In this document: piece after piece, positions 1-13,508 of the stretch | Layout: every line of letters begins with the position of its first letter | How positions within the stretch are numbered: position 1 is the first letter of the stretch | Source: Octopus bimaculoides | Lineage: Eukaryota | Reading direction: 5' to 3' | DNA: 64,000 bases | NCBI RefSeq assembly: GCF_001194135.2 | Contig: NC_068989.1 | Span: 59,531,009 to 59,595,008, forward strand | The notes under the pieces: model-generated | What the model was told of the DNA's origin: nothing | Databases searched by the model: none | What the model saw: only the letters and a program-made list of their open reading frames with translations | Program-made: the position numbers and the translations under genes

Positions 1-78
<78 letters not shown>

Positions 79-859
79 ACAACAAAGCCTAATGGTGTGA
101 ATTTTTTTAAACTCCTTTAGGAATAAACGGTTTTCACAATGAATTCCAATTTAATTGGAATATACATGATCTGAAACATATTTGTAGAAAAGAAATATTT
201 AATTTTCTCAAGGCTATGAAGAAGCAAATCTTTGGAGCACAATTGTGTAGATATACCGCAATATTTATATATATATACAAGGATGTAATACTAGCTCTGT
301 AAAAATGTGTGTGTGTGTGTATTTGTATGTTTCTGTATGCATCTATAGATGTATAAGTTTCAGAAGACTTTAGAATAATGGAATAAAAAAATAAGATAAG
401 AGATCTTCCAAATATCTTTTTCCTTAATTTTTAACTACTGTTACTGGCACACGTATTTACGCAATTATGATTTCGAAATATTCAAAAAATTATTTGGAAA
501 TTATTAAGAGAAATGAATGGTAGATTCGGACTGTCCGTATTTTAAAACCATGAATTAAAAAGAAAAATTGTGTTTGTGTCAAATTTTTCTCTAGAAGTTC
601 ATGGCTTCACAGGAATAAGCGTGGAAAACTGCATCAATATAACCAATTTTCAGATTTTTTACTTCCTTTTTAAAAAAATGCAGATTTTGTGAATGAAACG
701 GACTAGATCTTGAATAAGAAATAAATGTTTACTATGACAAATTTTCAGATTTTTTTACGTCATTTTAAAAGGGGGCTGATTTTGTGACTCAAACTAACTA
801 GATCCAAGTACAGTGAATACCATCCTCCACAATTTGCTACTCATCTGAAGTACATTTGT

Positions 860-1339
860 ATTTCAACAATTTCTCTCAAATATACTCCCTTTCTTGAGCA
901 TAAAAAAAATCCTCTTCCCGGGTAATGATAATTTTTATATCAGATTGTTGCACAAGTTCTAACCGTTTTGATAACGGAAATCGGAAAATTTGAAATGATT
1001 TCATCGGCATTTACTTGTACCGAAGACTTTCGATAGACAACACGTTGATCTCATAAGTGTCGCGTGGGGGAAATAAACGCAATTACCAAGCTTTCAATCT
1101 ATTATTTCGCTTTTTTTTGTTTTGTTTTTTTTTTGTTTTTTGGCATTTTAATTTGTACATCTGTTCTCCCGACTGCGTACAAACGCATATGTAAAACGAC
1201 GTCCTTTATTCTTTTAGTCATTATCTGCTGATGTCAAAATAAGTAGTATATTGAAAAATAAAAATATTTTCTAGGGTGCCATTTGTGACACCAAGAGTCA
1301 AAAGGGGGCGTTTGGCCAAAATGGGTTGAGAACCTTTGG
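860..1339 (+). mobile_element. Possible hAT-like DNA transposon 3' remnant
   Basis: Ends in AAAATGGGTTGAGAACCTTTG, resembling the hAT/Charlie terminus GGTTGAGAACCxCTG; no TSD or partner TIR found. Confidence 0.3.
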
Positions 1340-1912
1340 TTTACATGATTATCAAAGTAGATCTCTAGATGTCAGATCTCTCACCTGATACATGTGCTGA
1401 GCATTACAAGACTTATACTTAATTAGAAGCAATGAAAATGAAAGTCAAAAATCGCAGGTAAAGTTAGGTAACATATAAAGACGAAATTTAGATAGCAAAA
1501 TTTGCTAAGATGTAAAAAAAAATAATAATAACATACAATGAAGTTATATTATAAAGTGAGCTATCTCTCTGTTGTAACGCTTGACACAGATCACGTGACT
1601 TTAATATGATGTAAAGCTAGCAGTATACAATAACCTTCATTTTCGTATCAACTGAACTGTCCTTACAACTGTATTTCGCATTCCAGATCGCAGACTTTCA
1701 TTAAACATCAAACATTCATTAAAATATTTCATTATTTTCTTCTTCTTTTTCTTCGTTGTTTAAATGTGCTAAATGATTGTCGGCGTGCTACAGTTATTAT
1801 ATAGGATTAAATAAATTAAAACACTGAAAAAACAATCAATTAAAGGTGTGTACTATTAAAGAGCGAAAGAACAGCAGTAAAACACTAAATCTGATTATAT
1901 ATCGATTTAACC

Positions 1913-1927
1913 CCTCTTCCCTCTCTT

Positions 1928-1969
<42 letters not shown>

Positions 1970-2007
1970 ACTATCTATCTATCTCCCTCTCTTTCTCACA
2001 GGTAAGC
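1913..2007 (+). promoter_or_regulatory. Polypyrimidine tract followed by CAG|GTAAGC (juxtaposed 3' and 5' splice signals)
   Basis: (CT)n-rich tract, then TTTCTCACAG at 1992-2001 directly followed by GTAAGC at 2002-2007. Confidence 0.3.
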
Positions 2008-2195
2008 GAACACTGCGGTAAGAAACATTTACAAGTCATGCTAGAACAATCGAAGACCAACTTCTTTCTTCTGAGGGCCAAATAATGAGCAGTATTGATC
2101 TGTTTCAATAAATGACTCTTGTGATTATCACGTGCGAGCAAAAATCTTGTGTCACGTGCTTATATTTACAGACACAGGTATATATCTCCCTCTCA

Positions 2196-2226
<31 letters not shown>

Positions 2227-2288
2227 TCCCTCTCTCTCTCCTTCTCTCTGTATCGTTTATATGTGTGTGTGTGTGTGTGTGTACATAT

Positions 2289-2417
2289 ATCTTTTATCTT
2301 TTATTTTTTACTTGTTTCAATCAGTTGACTACGGCCATGCTGGAGCTCCGTCTTCAAGAATTTCTAGTCGAATGAGTCGACCCCTGTACTTATTCTTTTT
2401 CCCTTTTTAAGCCTGGC
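2289..2417 (-). mobile_element. SINE family A, 3' tail fragment
   Basis: Matches the TTTTACTTGTTTCAGTCA..GGCCATGCTGGAGC tail seen in the other copies in this window. Confidence 0.75.
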
Positions 2418-2883
2418 ACAAAAATCTTATGTGTCACGTGCTTATATTTACANNNNNNNNNNNNNNNNNNNNNNNNNNNNNNNNNNNNNNNNNNNNNNNN
2501 NNNNNNNNNNNNNNNNNNNNNNNNNNNNNNNNNNNNNNNNNNNNNNNNNNNNNNNNNNNNNNNNNNNNNNNNNNNNNNNNNNNNNNNNNNNNNNNNNNNN
2601 NNNNNNNNNNNNNNNNNNNNNNNNNNNNNNNNNNNNNNNNNNNNNNNNNNNNNNNNNNNNNNNNNNNNNNNNNNNNNNNNNNNNNNNNNNNNNNNNNNNN
2701 NNNNNNNNNNNNNNNNNNNNNNNNNNNNNNNNNNNNNNNNNNNNNNNNNNNNNNNNNNNNNNNNNNNNNNNNNNNNNNNNNNNNNNNNNNNNNNNNNNNN
2801 NNNNNNNNNNNNNNNNNNNNNNNNNNNNNNNNNNNNNNNNNNNNNNNNNNNNNNNNNNNNNNNNNNNNNNNNNNNNNNNNNNN

Positions 2884-3135
2884 TATCTTTTACTTGCTTC
2901 AGTCACGAGACTTCAGCCATGCACCGCCTTCAAGAGTTTTTAGTCGAATGAATTGACACCTATACTTATTTTTTTTAAGCCGGGTATTTATTGTGTCGGA
3001 GTCTCTTGCCAAACCACAAAATTACGGGGACGTAAACACACCAACACCGGTTACCAAGCGGTAGTGGGGGACAAATCTAACACACACACACATACACACA
3101 CATACACACACACACACACACACATACACACACAT

Positions 3136-3166
<31 letters not shown>

Positions 3167-3324
3167 CGACGCGCTTCTTTCAGTTTCTGTCTACCAAATG
3201 CATTAACAAGGCTTTGGTCAGCCCGAGGCAATAGTAGAAGACACTTGCCCACGTTGCCACGCCGTGGGAATGAACCCGGAGACATGTGGTTGGGAAGCAA
3301 GCATCTTATCACACAGCCACACCT
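2884..3324 (-). mobile_element. SINE family A, full length with internal (CA)n
   Basis: Minus-strand tRNA-like head (GTGGCTGTGTG...GGGTTCATTCCC), core GGCAAGTGTCTTCTACTATTGCCTCGGG, microsatellite, then tail; multiple copies in the window. Confidence 0.88.
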
Positions 3325-3394
3325 ATATATATATATGTGTGTGTGTGTATGTGTGTAATTGTGTGTGAATATATACGTATATAGCGAAATGTTG

Positions 3395-4119
3395 CTTAAG
3401 TTTCCTAGGAAACAATGATCACACTTGTGTTTGATTTGATTCCGAGATGAGCAAGTCGTATTTAAGATGAAAGTGGATTCTGCACAATAATTAAAAAAAA
3501 ACGTTCTTCCCTGTTGTTGAACCAAAATGAAGCACCGAAAACCTTCTCTAAACTCGAGCTCTTCAAAAAGAAGGTTGTGGTGATTGTTTGGTGATGTACT
3601 GCTGAACTCATCCACTGTAACTTCTTAAAACCCGGAAAATCCATTACTGCAGAAATATATTGTCATGAAATTACCCAAAATGAACGAAAAACTGCTACTT
3701 CTCCGTCCCAGACTGGTCAACAGAAGAGGGCCAATCATTCTTCATAACATAGCTCGACCACACGTTTCACTAATGACACCCCAGAAGTTAAGGAAACCTG
3801 GCTACGAAGTTATTCTCCACCCAGCATATTCCTCAGACCTTTCTCCTACCGACTACCACTTTTTCAAGCTCCTTGATGGTTTCCTGAAAGAGAAAGAGTT
3901 CAAAAATCAAACCGATGCTGAAAGTGCGTTCAAAGAGTTCATCAACTCCAGAACTCTAGATTTTTATGTTACCGGAAAAAACAAACTTGAAACTAGTTGG
4001 CAAAAATGTGTTGATTGTATTGGTACTTACTTTGATGAATAACATTTCCGCATTGTTGAAACGTATCGTGATGAATTTCATGTTTCAAAACGTTGCTTAC
4101 TTTTTACTCAACCTGATAT
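3395..4119 (+). mobile_element. Mariner transposon 3' half, transposase pseudogene with 3' TIR
   Basis: ORF 3665-4042 contains LHNIARPH and HPAYSSDLSPTDYHFF (mariner DD34D motifs) and ends CVDCIGTYFDE. TIR-like TTACTTTTTACTCAACCTGATA followed by TA. Confidence 0.9.
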
Positions 4120-4315
4120 ATATATATATATATATANNNNNNNNNNNNNNNNNNNNNNNNNNNNNNNNNNNNNNNNNNNNNNNNNNNNNNNNNNNNNNNN
4201 NNNNNNNNNNNNNNNNNNNNNNNNNNNNNNNNNNNNNNNNNNNNNNNNNNNNNNNNNNNNNNNNNNNNNNNNNNNNNNNNNNNNNNNNNNNNNNTATATA
4301 TATATATATACACGC

Positions 4316-4362
<47 letters not shown>

Positions 4363-4369
4363 AGAAGGA

Positions 4370-4412
<43 letters not shown>

Positions 4413-4924
4413 GTACATACATACATTTGAGTTTACAAAATTGTACAGTCCAAAGCTATTGGAGTAGACACTTTTGTTCATAATGACATGTAGTAGGCTC
4501 GAACCCGTAACACTCTCCTATCGTTAGTCCATGCATTTACAAGGTGCTATTGCTCCACAACTCTTTACAACATAGTACATACAAAAAAAAGCAGATAGAA
4601 AAACAATGTTGGACAATACTACAATTCAATAGATTTCACAATAAGTGGGATGAGTACTATAGAGGCTTGGCTAATAGAAAAATATTAACACATAGATGCA
4701 GCACTGGAAATTAAGTGACAAATCTTTTGAATTTAAGTATTGAATAATATTCAAATCCACTGCTGGAAGCGGGAAGATTACCAGCACTCCCGTGATCCTT
4801 TCCTACTCAAAGAAAAGCTCGTCGAAACACCGTTCTTCAATCATTTTATTTGCCTATATGTGTGTGGAGTATTAACACCATATGTTTTAGATGTTTTCAC
4901 CCCACAAAAAAACACTCACAACGC

Positions 4925-4991
4925 CCTGGGAATCGAGACAGCGATCCGACGGCCGCGAGTCCACTGCCCTAACCACTGGGCCATTCCGCCT

Positions 4992-4993
<2 letters not shown>
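4925..4993 (-). mobile_element. SINE family C tRNA head fragment
   Basis: Reverse complement GGAGGCGGAATGGCCCAGTGGTTAGGGCAG...TCGATTCCCAG matches the start of the 30674 element. Confidence 0.8.
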
Positions 4994-5035
<42 letters not shown>

Positions 5036-5400
5036 NNNNNNNNNNNNNNNNNNNNNNNNNNNNNNNNNNNNNNNNNNNNNNNNNNNNNNNNNNNNNNNNN
5101 NNNNNNNNNNNNNNNNNNNNNNNNNNNNNNNNNNNNNNNNNNNNNNNNNNNNNNNNNNNNNNNNNNNNNNNNNNNNNNNNNNNNNNNNNNNNNNNNNNNN
5201 NNNNNNNNNNNNNNNNNNNNNNNNNNNNNNNNNNNNNNNNNNNNNNNNNNNNNNNNNNNNNNNNNNNNNNNNNNNNNNNNNNNNNNNNNNNNNNNNNNNN
5301 NNNNNNNNNNNNNNNNNNNNNNNNNNNNNNNNNNNNNNNNNNNNNNNNNNNNNNNNNNNNATGTACATATATACAAATATACATACATATACAGACACGT

Positions 5401-5769
5401 TCTTTTACTTGTTTTAGTCTTTGACCGCAGTCATACTGGAGCACCGCCTTTAATTGAACAAATGTACCCCAGGACTTAGTCTTTGTAAGCTTAGTACTTA
5501 TTCAATCGAACATCTTTTGCCGAACCGCTAGATTACGAGGACGTAAACACACCAACATCGGTTGTCAAGCGGTAGCGGGGGAGGGCAAACACAAACATAT
5601 AAATATATATATGACGAGCTTCTTTCAGTTTCCGTCTACCAAATCCACTCACAAGGCTTTGGTCAGTCCGAGGCAATAGCAGACACTTGCCCAAGGTGCA
5701 ACGCAGAGGGACTGAACTCGGAACCATGTAGCTGGGAAGCAAACTTCTTACCACACAGTCACACGCCTG
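5401..5769 (-). mobile_element. SINE family A, full length
   Basis: Same tail, core and head order as 2884-3324. Confidence 0.88.
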
Positions 5770-5803
5770 AGCCTATATATCCACATATACACATATGCAT
5801 ATG

Positions 5804-5889
<86 letters not shown>

Positions 5890-6689
5890 CAAACAGGCTC
5901 GCACGCGCATGCAAGTCTATGTGTATCTACATATAAGGATAGGAGAATTTAACAGTTATGTAAGATTGTACATGTTTATCTGTGCGTATGTGTTGTGTGT
6001 GTGTATCTGTGTGTGCTTGTGTGTGCTTGTGTGCGTGTGTCTGTGTGAATGTTTCACGTGTTTACCTATGGGATAGTTCTCAATCAAATGATATAACGAT
6101 AAATCATATTGCAACAGATTAGCAGATAATCCTCTTTAAGTGCACGTGATGTTGCTGTCACTGTGACAATAACATATCATAGATATAACCCGGGATTTCA
6201 CATTCGCAAATATGCACTTGACCTCGCTTTCAATTGACCTAGCGCCACTGCCACCTCCACCACCACGAACCCACTCTCTCCTATTTCACTGCCTCCCGCA
6301 TCGTTTTACTAACATCACTTCCTATTACAACTGTTATTTTTTTCTTTTCCTCCTACCCTCACTCCTCTCTCTCTCTCTCTCTCTCTCTACAATGTTCCTT
6401 TATTTTTCCACAGATTAACAAGTGTCCGAAACGCTGCACTTACACTCTTCACCGCAAATCACTTCTATTTTATCTGTTTATGTATTTATTTATTTATTTA
6501 TGTGTTTCAGCCAAGTGGCTGCGGTCATGCTGGTGCACCACCGTGAATGTATATATATATTTATATATTTATTCATTTGCCTATTCATTTTACACAAACA
6601 TATACACTCATGCATGCTTACATACACACACATGCACTCATGCATGCTTTTAAACACACACATACATACGCGCGCAAATATATATTTAT

Positions 6690-6697
6690 ATGTATAC

Positions 6698-6789
<92 letters not shown>

Positions 6790-6856
6790 AGAAAGATAGA
6801 TAGATAGACATATATGTGTGTATGTATGTAGGTATATATGTATATATATATATATA

Positions 6857-6899
<43 letters not shown>

Positions 6900-7064
6900 G
6901 TATGTATGTATATATCAATGTATATGTGTGTGTCTTTGTATTTGTTCTATATTTAATATATATACATATTTGTCTGTGTGTGTATGTGTATGTATGCGTG
7001 TATGTATGTGTATGCATGTGTGTGTGTGTGTGTATCTATCTATATATGCATGTATGTGTGTATA

Positions 7065-7104
<40 letters not shown>

Positions 7105-7500
7105 TATATATATGTGTGTGTATGTATATTTATGTATATATATATGTGTGTGTGTATGTGTATATATATATGTATGTACACATATACAGATATATATCCA
7201 TATACATATATATCTATACATGTACATATATGTATATATATATATGTATGTAGGTATGTATATGTGTGCATATGTATATACATGTATATACATATATATA
7301 TATATATAAATCTATATATGCATATATATGTATGGATATATATGTATATATATATATATGTATATATGTATATATATATGTATGTATATATATATATGTG
7401 TGTATATATATGTATTTGTGTGTGTGTATATATATATGTGTGTGTGTGCATATATACGTGTGTGTGTATATATATATGCGTATATACATGTGTGTGTGCA
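6690..7500. repeat. Compound microsatellite (AGAT)n(GATT)n then degenerate (AT/GT)n
   Basis: Directly visible; it generates many spurious Y/I/V/C/M ORFs. Confidence 0.95.
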
Positions 7501-7505
7501 TATAT

Positions 7506-7900
7506 TCTTTTATTTGTTTCAATCATCTGACAGCGGCCTTGCTGGAACACCACCTTATGGGCTTTTAGTCAAACAAATCTACCCCAGGATGTATTCTTTA
7601 AGAGCTTAGTACTTATTCTATGGGTCTATTTGGCCGAACCGCTAAGGTACGGGGACATAAACACACCGACATCGGTTGTCAATTGTTAGTGGGAGGACAA
7701 ACATAGACACAAACAAACAAATATAAACATATCCATATACGACGGGCTTCTTTCCGTTTCTTCTACCAAATCCGTTCACAAGGCTTTGATTGGCCCGAGG
7801 CTATACTAGAAGACACTTGTCAAGGTGCCACGCTGTGGGACTAAGCTCGGAACGATGTGGTTGTGAAGCAAGCTTTTTGTCACAAAGCTACGCTTGCGCC
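7506..7900 (-). mobile_element. SINE family A, full length, diverged
   Basis: Same modules as the other copies. Confidence 0.85.
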
Positions 7901-7910
7901 TATATATATA

Positions 7911-8152
7911 CAGGGTGAGCCAAAAGTAGCTATACACTTTGAAATTCGTTCATTTTATTACTTTTACACTCATTTGTCACAATTACATTTATGAAACACA
8001 GTTTAATCTCGTAAATGGTCGAAATATCCTCCTTCAACATGGGAACATTTATCAAACGTCCCAGAACCCTGTAACACACAGCAAATTATTCACGGTACCT
8101 GTAAAAATTGAATAAGTTAATTTTAAAAGTGTTTACCTACTTTTGGCCCACC
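7911..8152. mobile_element. Tc1/mariner-type MITE (right end runs into a gap)
   Basis: TIRs CAGGGTGAGCCAAAAGTAGCTATACAC and GTGTTTACCTACTTTTGGCCCACC; TA-repeat context. Confidence 0.75.
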
Positions 8153-8449
8153 NNNNNNNNNNNNNNNNNNNNNNNNNNNNNNNNNNNNNNNNNNNNNNNN
8201 NNNNNNNNNNNNNNNNNNNNNNNNNNNNNNNNNNNNNNNNNNNNNNNNNNNNNNNNNNNNNNNNNNNNNNNNNNNNNNNNNNNNNNNNNNNNNNNNNNNN
8301 NNNNNNNNNNNNNNNNNNNNNNNNNNNNNNNNNNNNNNNNNNNNNNNNNNNNNNNNNNNNNNNNNNNNNNNNNNNNNNNNNNNNNNNNNNNNNNNNNNNN
8401 NNNNNNNNNNNNNNNNNNNNNNNNNNNNNNNNNNNNNNNNNNNNNNNNN

Positions 8450-8480
<31 letters not shown>

Positions 8481-8499
8481 TATATAGGCTGCACACTAA

Positions 8500-9486
8500 T
8501 AACAAGTGCATGGAGAAGTACTAATGTGCTGCAGAAGGAGGTTGTAGAATTAGTAATCAACGGTTTGGCAGAGAAAGCATTAGCTGAAGTAATACCAGTA
8601 AATGACAGAGTAATCATATCCACGTTCAATCTAAACCCATCCACCACAGTTACTATTAAATATGCACCCACAGTGTGAAGTAAGGATGTAGAGGAGCACT
8701 ACGAAACACTGACAAACGTCATCAATAAAATACCAAAACACCATGTTACCTTAGAATGCGGTGATTTTACTGCTCATTTGGGAGAGGATGCAGACAGCTA
8801 CACATTCCATAGTGAGACCAGCAGGAATGGCCAGCTTCTCCTGGATCATGCGGCGGAATGTAATCTTCGCATCACTAGCACTCTGTACACAATATAGAAG
8901 CATATACTTGCTTTAGCAGCTTAGTAGGTGACCGTCGCTTAGAGACAGCCAGACTACGTCTTAGTCTACGTACAAGCAAAACTCCTGCAAGAAAAAAATG
9001 CTACGATTGGTCTGCATTGCGAAATACAGAACTTCAACAGCTTTTTACGCTTACAGTGCGTAACAGATTTGCTGAACTATCCAACAACAGGGATACAGTT
9101 ACAGAACAATATGGCAAGTTTGTGCAATCACGTGAAGAAGCGGCAGCAAAACTGATACCGATAAAGAAGAGGATGAAACGGAGAAAGTCAGTTGATGAAC
9201 CTAGGGTAGAAAAAACACGCAGTGAAGTACAAGAGGCATTCAGCAACCGAGGCATTTAGCAACTGAGGCATTCAGCCACTATCAAAAAGCTGCCGACAAA
9301 AATACTAAACAAACTTTACAAAGAAAGAAAGAGGGTCTAAAACAGGTGTACCAGGAGATTCACGAAGAGGAACTGGGTGAAATGATCTTCCAGGCCGAAA
9401 AGCACGGCGAAAGCTGGACGGTGATTAACTCCATCACTGGTCACAAAGCTGTAAAGCAGGGAAGCATCAAAGAGAAATCAAAGGAC
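8500..9486 (+). mobile_element. RTE-like LINE fragment, APE endonuclease region
   Basis: Degenerate YAPT and GDF(T)AHLG endonuclease motifs, then RNRFAEL; many stops. Confidence 0.7.
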
Positions 9487-10035
9487 TTTGTATCAAGATA
9501 TGAAAGCTAGAGTTAATTTTGGTAGTAGGCTCTCTGAATCTTTTGCCGTGGAAAATAGAGTAAAGCAAGGAAACTTTGATGCACCCATCCTCTTTCCAAT
9601 ATATTTTGCTAGTGTGTTGTCACACGCTTTTCAAAACTCCGAGCAGGGTATTTACATAAAATATCAAACAACAGAGAATGTTTTTAATCTGATTAGACTG
9701 AAATTCAAAACGAAGGTCTTTACTTCATTCATTAGGGAACTCTTATAAGCTGACGATTGCGATCTAGTCTGTCATCCTGAAACAGGTCTACAATCTCTTG
9801 TATCTGCATTTGGCTCAGCTTGTGATGATTTTGGCCTGACCATCAACTTGAAAACAGTAGTTGTAATGTATCAAACTGCATGTGGTGCAGTTTGCAACCA
9901 CCCTAAAATTTTTGTTAAGGGTAAGCTACTTTAGATTATTGATTCTTCCATCTACCTTGGAAGCTCTGTACAAAATTATGGAAATTTGGACACAGAAACA
10001 ATTCTGCGAATTGAAAGGGCAATACAAGCATTGAG
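9487..10035 (+). mobile_element. RTE/BovB-like LINE reverse transcriptase fragment
   Basis: SESFAVENRVKQG..APILFPIYF and LL*ADDC (YADD with a stop). Confidence 0.85.
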
Positions 10036-10053
10036 ACCGATAAATTAAGTACC

Positions 10054-10131
10054 AGGCTTACAAAGAATAAGTCCTAGAGTCGATTTCTTCGACTAAAGGC
10101 GGTGATCCAGCATGGCCGCAGTCAAATGACT
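10054..10131 (+). mobile_element. SINE family A tail fragment
   Basis: GGCTTACAAAGAATAAGTCC...CAGCATGGCCGCAGTCAAATGACTG. Confidence 0.8.
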
Positions 10132-10194
10132 GTATGTGTGTGTGTGTGTATGAATGCAGTGTACAGTATGTGTGCATGCGTGTATGTGATAGAT

Positions 10195-10225
<31 letters not shown>

Positions 10226-12094
10226 AACAGAGAGAAAGAAAGAAACAGAGAGAGAGAAAGAAACAGGGAGACATAGACAGAGACAGACAGACAGACAGAC
10301 AGACATATATGCACATTCATCTATTTACAAGTAAATGTCTTTGTTTGTTTGTTTTTTGCTTATACTAAGTATATGTGTGTGTGCGTGTGGTATATGGTTG
10401 CACCCACATATATATATATATATATATANNNNNNNNNNNNNNNNNNNNNNNNNNNNNNNNNNNNNNNNNNNNNNNNNNNNNNNNNNNNNNNNNNNNTATA
10501 TATTATTTCATTTGTTTATCTAAGAACTTTAATGAATTAACTTCTCTAACAAACACCGACCACCATCACTTAATTCCACATCTTACAAACCAAGTTAGCC
10601 GGATTTTGAGAATAAGAATACAATATTTTTCGTAAATAGGTTTCTTCCGATCAGGAGGATCCCTGTATGCTGTATGATTGATCAAATTTTATAGGAGCAT
10701 TTCATTTATTTATTACACTTGCCATTGCTAAGTTTGGATTAATTATTCATCACGTGACAAAATCATATATATAGATATGTGTGTGTGTGTGTGTGTTACA
10801 ATCTCCTCCCTTACCTCACCATATATATATAACATAATCAAGATAAGTAAATAATGGATGTGTGTGCTAGAGAGAGAAGGGAAGAGAGAAGAGTGTAAGA
10901 TAGAGAGATAACTACCTAGATTACGCTTGACATATAAACATATACCTATTCCCCCTCACCCACCCACTGTCTATTTCTCCGAATCTTGACTCCTGACTTA
11001 GCATCAGTCTTTCTTTTTCTCTCTCTCCCTCTCACTCTCTCTCTATCTCTATCTATTTATCTAGCTATCGCATACACGCATGCACACAGGTACTGTATAC
11101 TGCATTCATACATATTTAAATAAACACAAACTGATTACTGTTTCACCCTTACCCTCTTTTGTCATCATAACGCTCTCCCACACATACACACGTACCCTCA
11201 AATCCACAAATACGTTGCTGCCCAGAGAAACAAAGACGGAGACAGACAGACAGACAGACAGACAGACTTGTTATAGATCTACATATATACACATTCATCT
11301 ATTTACAACTAAATTATAAGCATGCCATAGAAAATTCTTACATGTGTGTGTGTGCTGTGTCATTACACTATAGTGTGCGTGTCTGTGTATTACTTGATTG
11401 TACTAAGTATATGTGTGTGTGCTACATGGTTGCACCCACATATATATAATTCTTTATTGCCTACAAGGGACTAAACATAGAGGGGAACATATACATGTAT
11501 GCTGTGTAATTGTATCTAAGTATTAGTGTATGTTGTGTGGTTGCATCTAATTCTATATATGTGTGTGTGTGGTATGATTGTACCTATGTGTATGTGTGTA
11601 TATTCTGTGATTGCGTCTAGTATGTGTGTTCTGTGTCTATCTATACCTAAGTCTATACCTAAAACTGTGCATGTGTTGTATAAACACCAGTTTAAGAACG
11701 ACGTAGACTGAAAATATAGCATCAGTCAAGATTTACACGCTTTAGCTCTAATATTGCATTATATCTGATACTGCACTATATAATTATAGGATATCGATCA
11801 ATCTGTCTGTCTGATATAATTGTCCCTTCAAGTATCTGTTTACAGTACACATCTTCCATCTTGTTACTTTAACGGCACCTTACATACCTTTCTTTAACGG
11901 TACCTTGCATATGTGCTTCTATTTATCTATTGCACCACGTGGTATTTATTTAATACAGCAATTTAAGAACATAGTGTCGTTGGTCACTTTTCTGACAGGC
12001 CACTAATTGGTTTAGTGCATATCTGACGGGAGTGGCATCAGCTTTTGTTTTTTGGGGGGGTCACCAACCGTCTTTCTTAGACTAAATAATCCTT

Positions 12095-12233
12095 TCTACT
12101 ATGGGTACAAGGCTTGAAATTTTGGAGAAAGAAACTGGTTGATTACGTCGACCCCCCCCCCCCCAGTATTTGACTGATACTTATTTTATCGACCTCAAAA
12201 AGGTGAAAGGCAAAATCGACCTCGGCAGAAATT
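12095..12233 (-). mobile_element. SINE family B core fragment
   Basis: Reverse complement of CCGAGGTCGATTTTGCCTTTCACC...GTCGATAAAATAAGTATCAG. Confidence 0.7.
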
Positions 12234-13205
12234 TCTTGAATTAAATAAAAACAATTAGTATGAAAGATAATAATTAACTTCAGCTTACAAGCCTAAACAA
12301 TTCATAGTCTGGGCTCAGTGCTCACCGATAATTAATTTAAAGAGAAGTTAACCAAATGAACTATTCACTAGCTATAAACAAAATATAAATCGAGTTTCTT
12401 GGCACATGAATTCGGAACTCAATTTTTATCCCAGTTGATGCATTTTACTTCATTTATAATACTAAGGCACGACGAAGAGCCTTAATGTGTCCCCATCACA
12501 ATTTTCTTCTTCAACAATTGACAATTCTTGAATAAGCCAAAAGAAAACCTTTATATACGAAACAATTAACAAGCAAAATAAAATGCAATTTTTTTCTCGG
12601 GTTGTAATAAAATAAACTTTAAATTGTTATTTAAAATTTGAGTCATTGGCATAAACCATCAGATTTATGAAAGAAATTAATATAATATCGTATGTCAAAT
12701 ACACTTGTTTTCCAGTATGTCTTTATTCAATATATGTTCGTTGAGCTCAGTATTTTTATGCAATATAATCAATTGTCTGATGCATATTTGTATTTTTTGG
12801 AATTGTTTAGATACATAAAATGGCTGTATTTTAATGTAGAGTCCGATTCCCCATCATCTTGAACAACCCGTAAAACTCCGTTGTCGTCAGCTCTCCCGAT
12901 ACTCTTCCTCTACGTCTCATCGATGTTGTCAAAACGTGGGCTGATTCACAGTTTGGAGACAGCGACGGATTTGGTGCCCGAAGAATCTGTAAGTTCTGAA
13001 GCCAGTTCAGACTGGTGAAACTATCGTCCAAATTAATTGAGCCGGTATTGTAGGTATCAGACGGGTATTTGGATAACCAATTCTCACGCAGTTGCTTTGC
13101 CAAGTTACTCGTCGTGTAAATGGGCATTTTGAGAAATGAAAGTACTCCAGTGCTCAGGAGAACTTCGCTACGGTCCATGGAAGTACCCACCACGGTTTAT
13201 TCTGA

Positions 13206-13346
13206 TTGCCAGCTTGGATCAGCCATCCGATAGTAAGCAAAATTGTATGTAATGCAGGAATATATCGCAGATAGAGTCATTTTGTTTGACGGTCTTACTT
13301 TCATAGTTATACATATTAGGGCAGTATAGGAAAATTGAGGTTTTAC
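13206..13346 (-). pseudogene. foxj1: Forkhead domain N-half (47 codons) of the foxj1-like retrocopy
   Basis: Manual translation, not reported in the ORF track; it ends exactly at W-Q and is followed by non-forkhead 5'UTR sequence. Confidence 0.92.
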
Positions 13347-13508
13347 ACAAGAGTTTGTTTATAATCAATTCTCTGATGCTTATTTGTATTTGTGGAATTG
13401 CTTAGATATATAAAATGGCTGTATTTTAATCTAGAGTCTGATTTCCCCATCATCTTGAACAACCCGTAAAACTCCGTTGTCGTCAGCTTCTTCCGATACT
13501 TCTCCTCT

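Noticed and set aside
6490-7609. Long Y/I/V/C/H/T-rich ORFs (also at 31462-32195, 41514-41947, 42355-42745 and 55858-56488)
   Set aside because: Translations of di-, tri- and tetranucleotide microsatellites.
9745-9800. CTGACGA...GAAA hammerhead-like spacing
   Set aside because: It is the ADD codons of the RTE RT, with no stems.
12831-13193. ORF-track 120-aa ORF as a functional FoxJ1 gene
   Set aside because: It lacks the forkhead in frame, ends in a premature stop, and lies in a permuted TSD-flanked insert with frameshifts.
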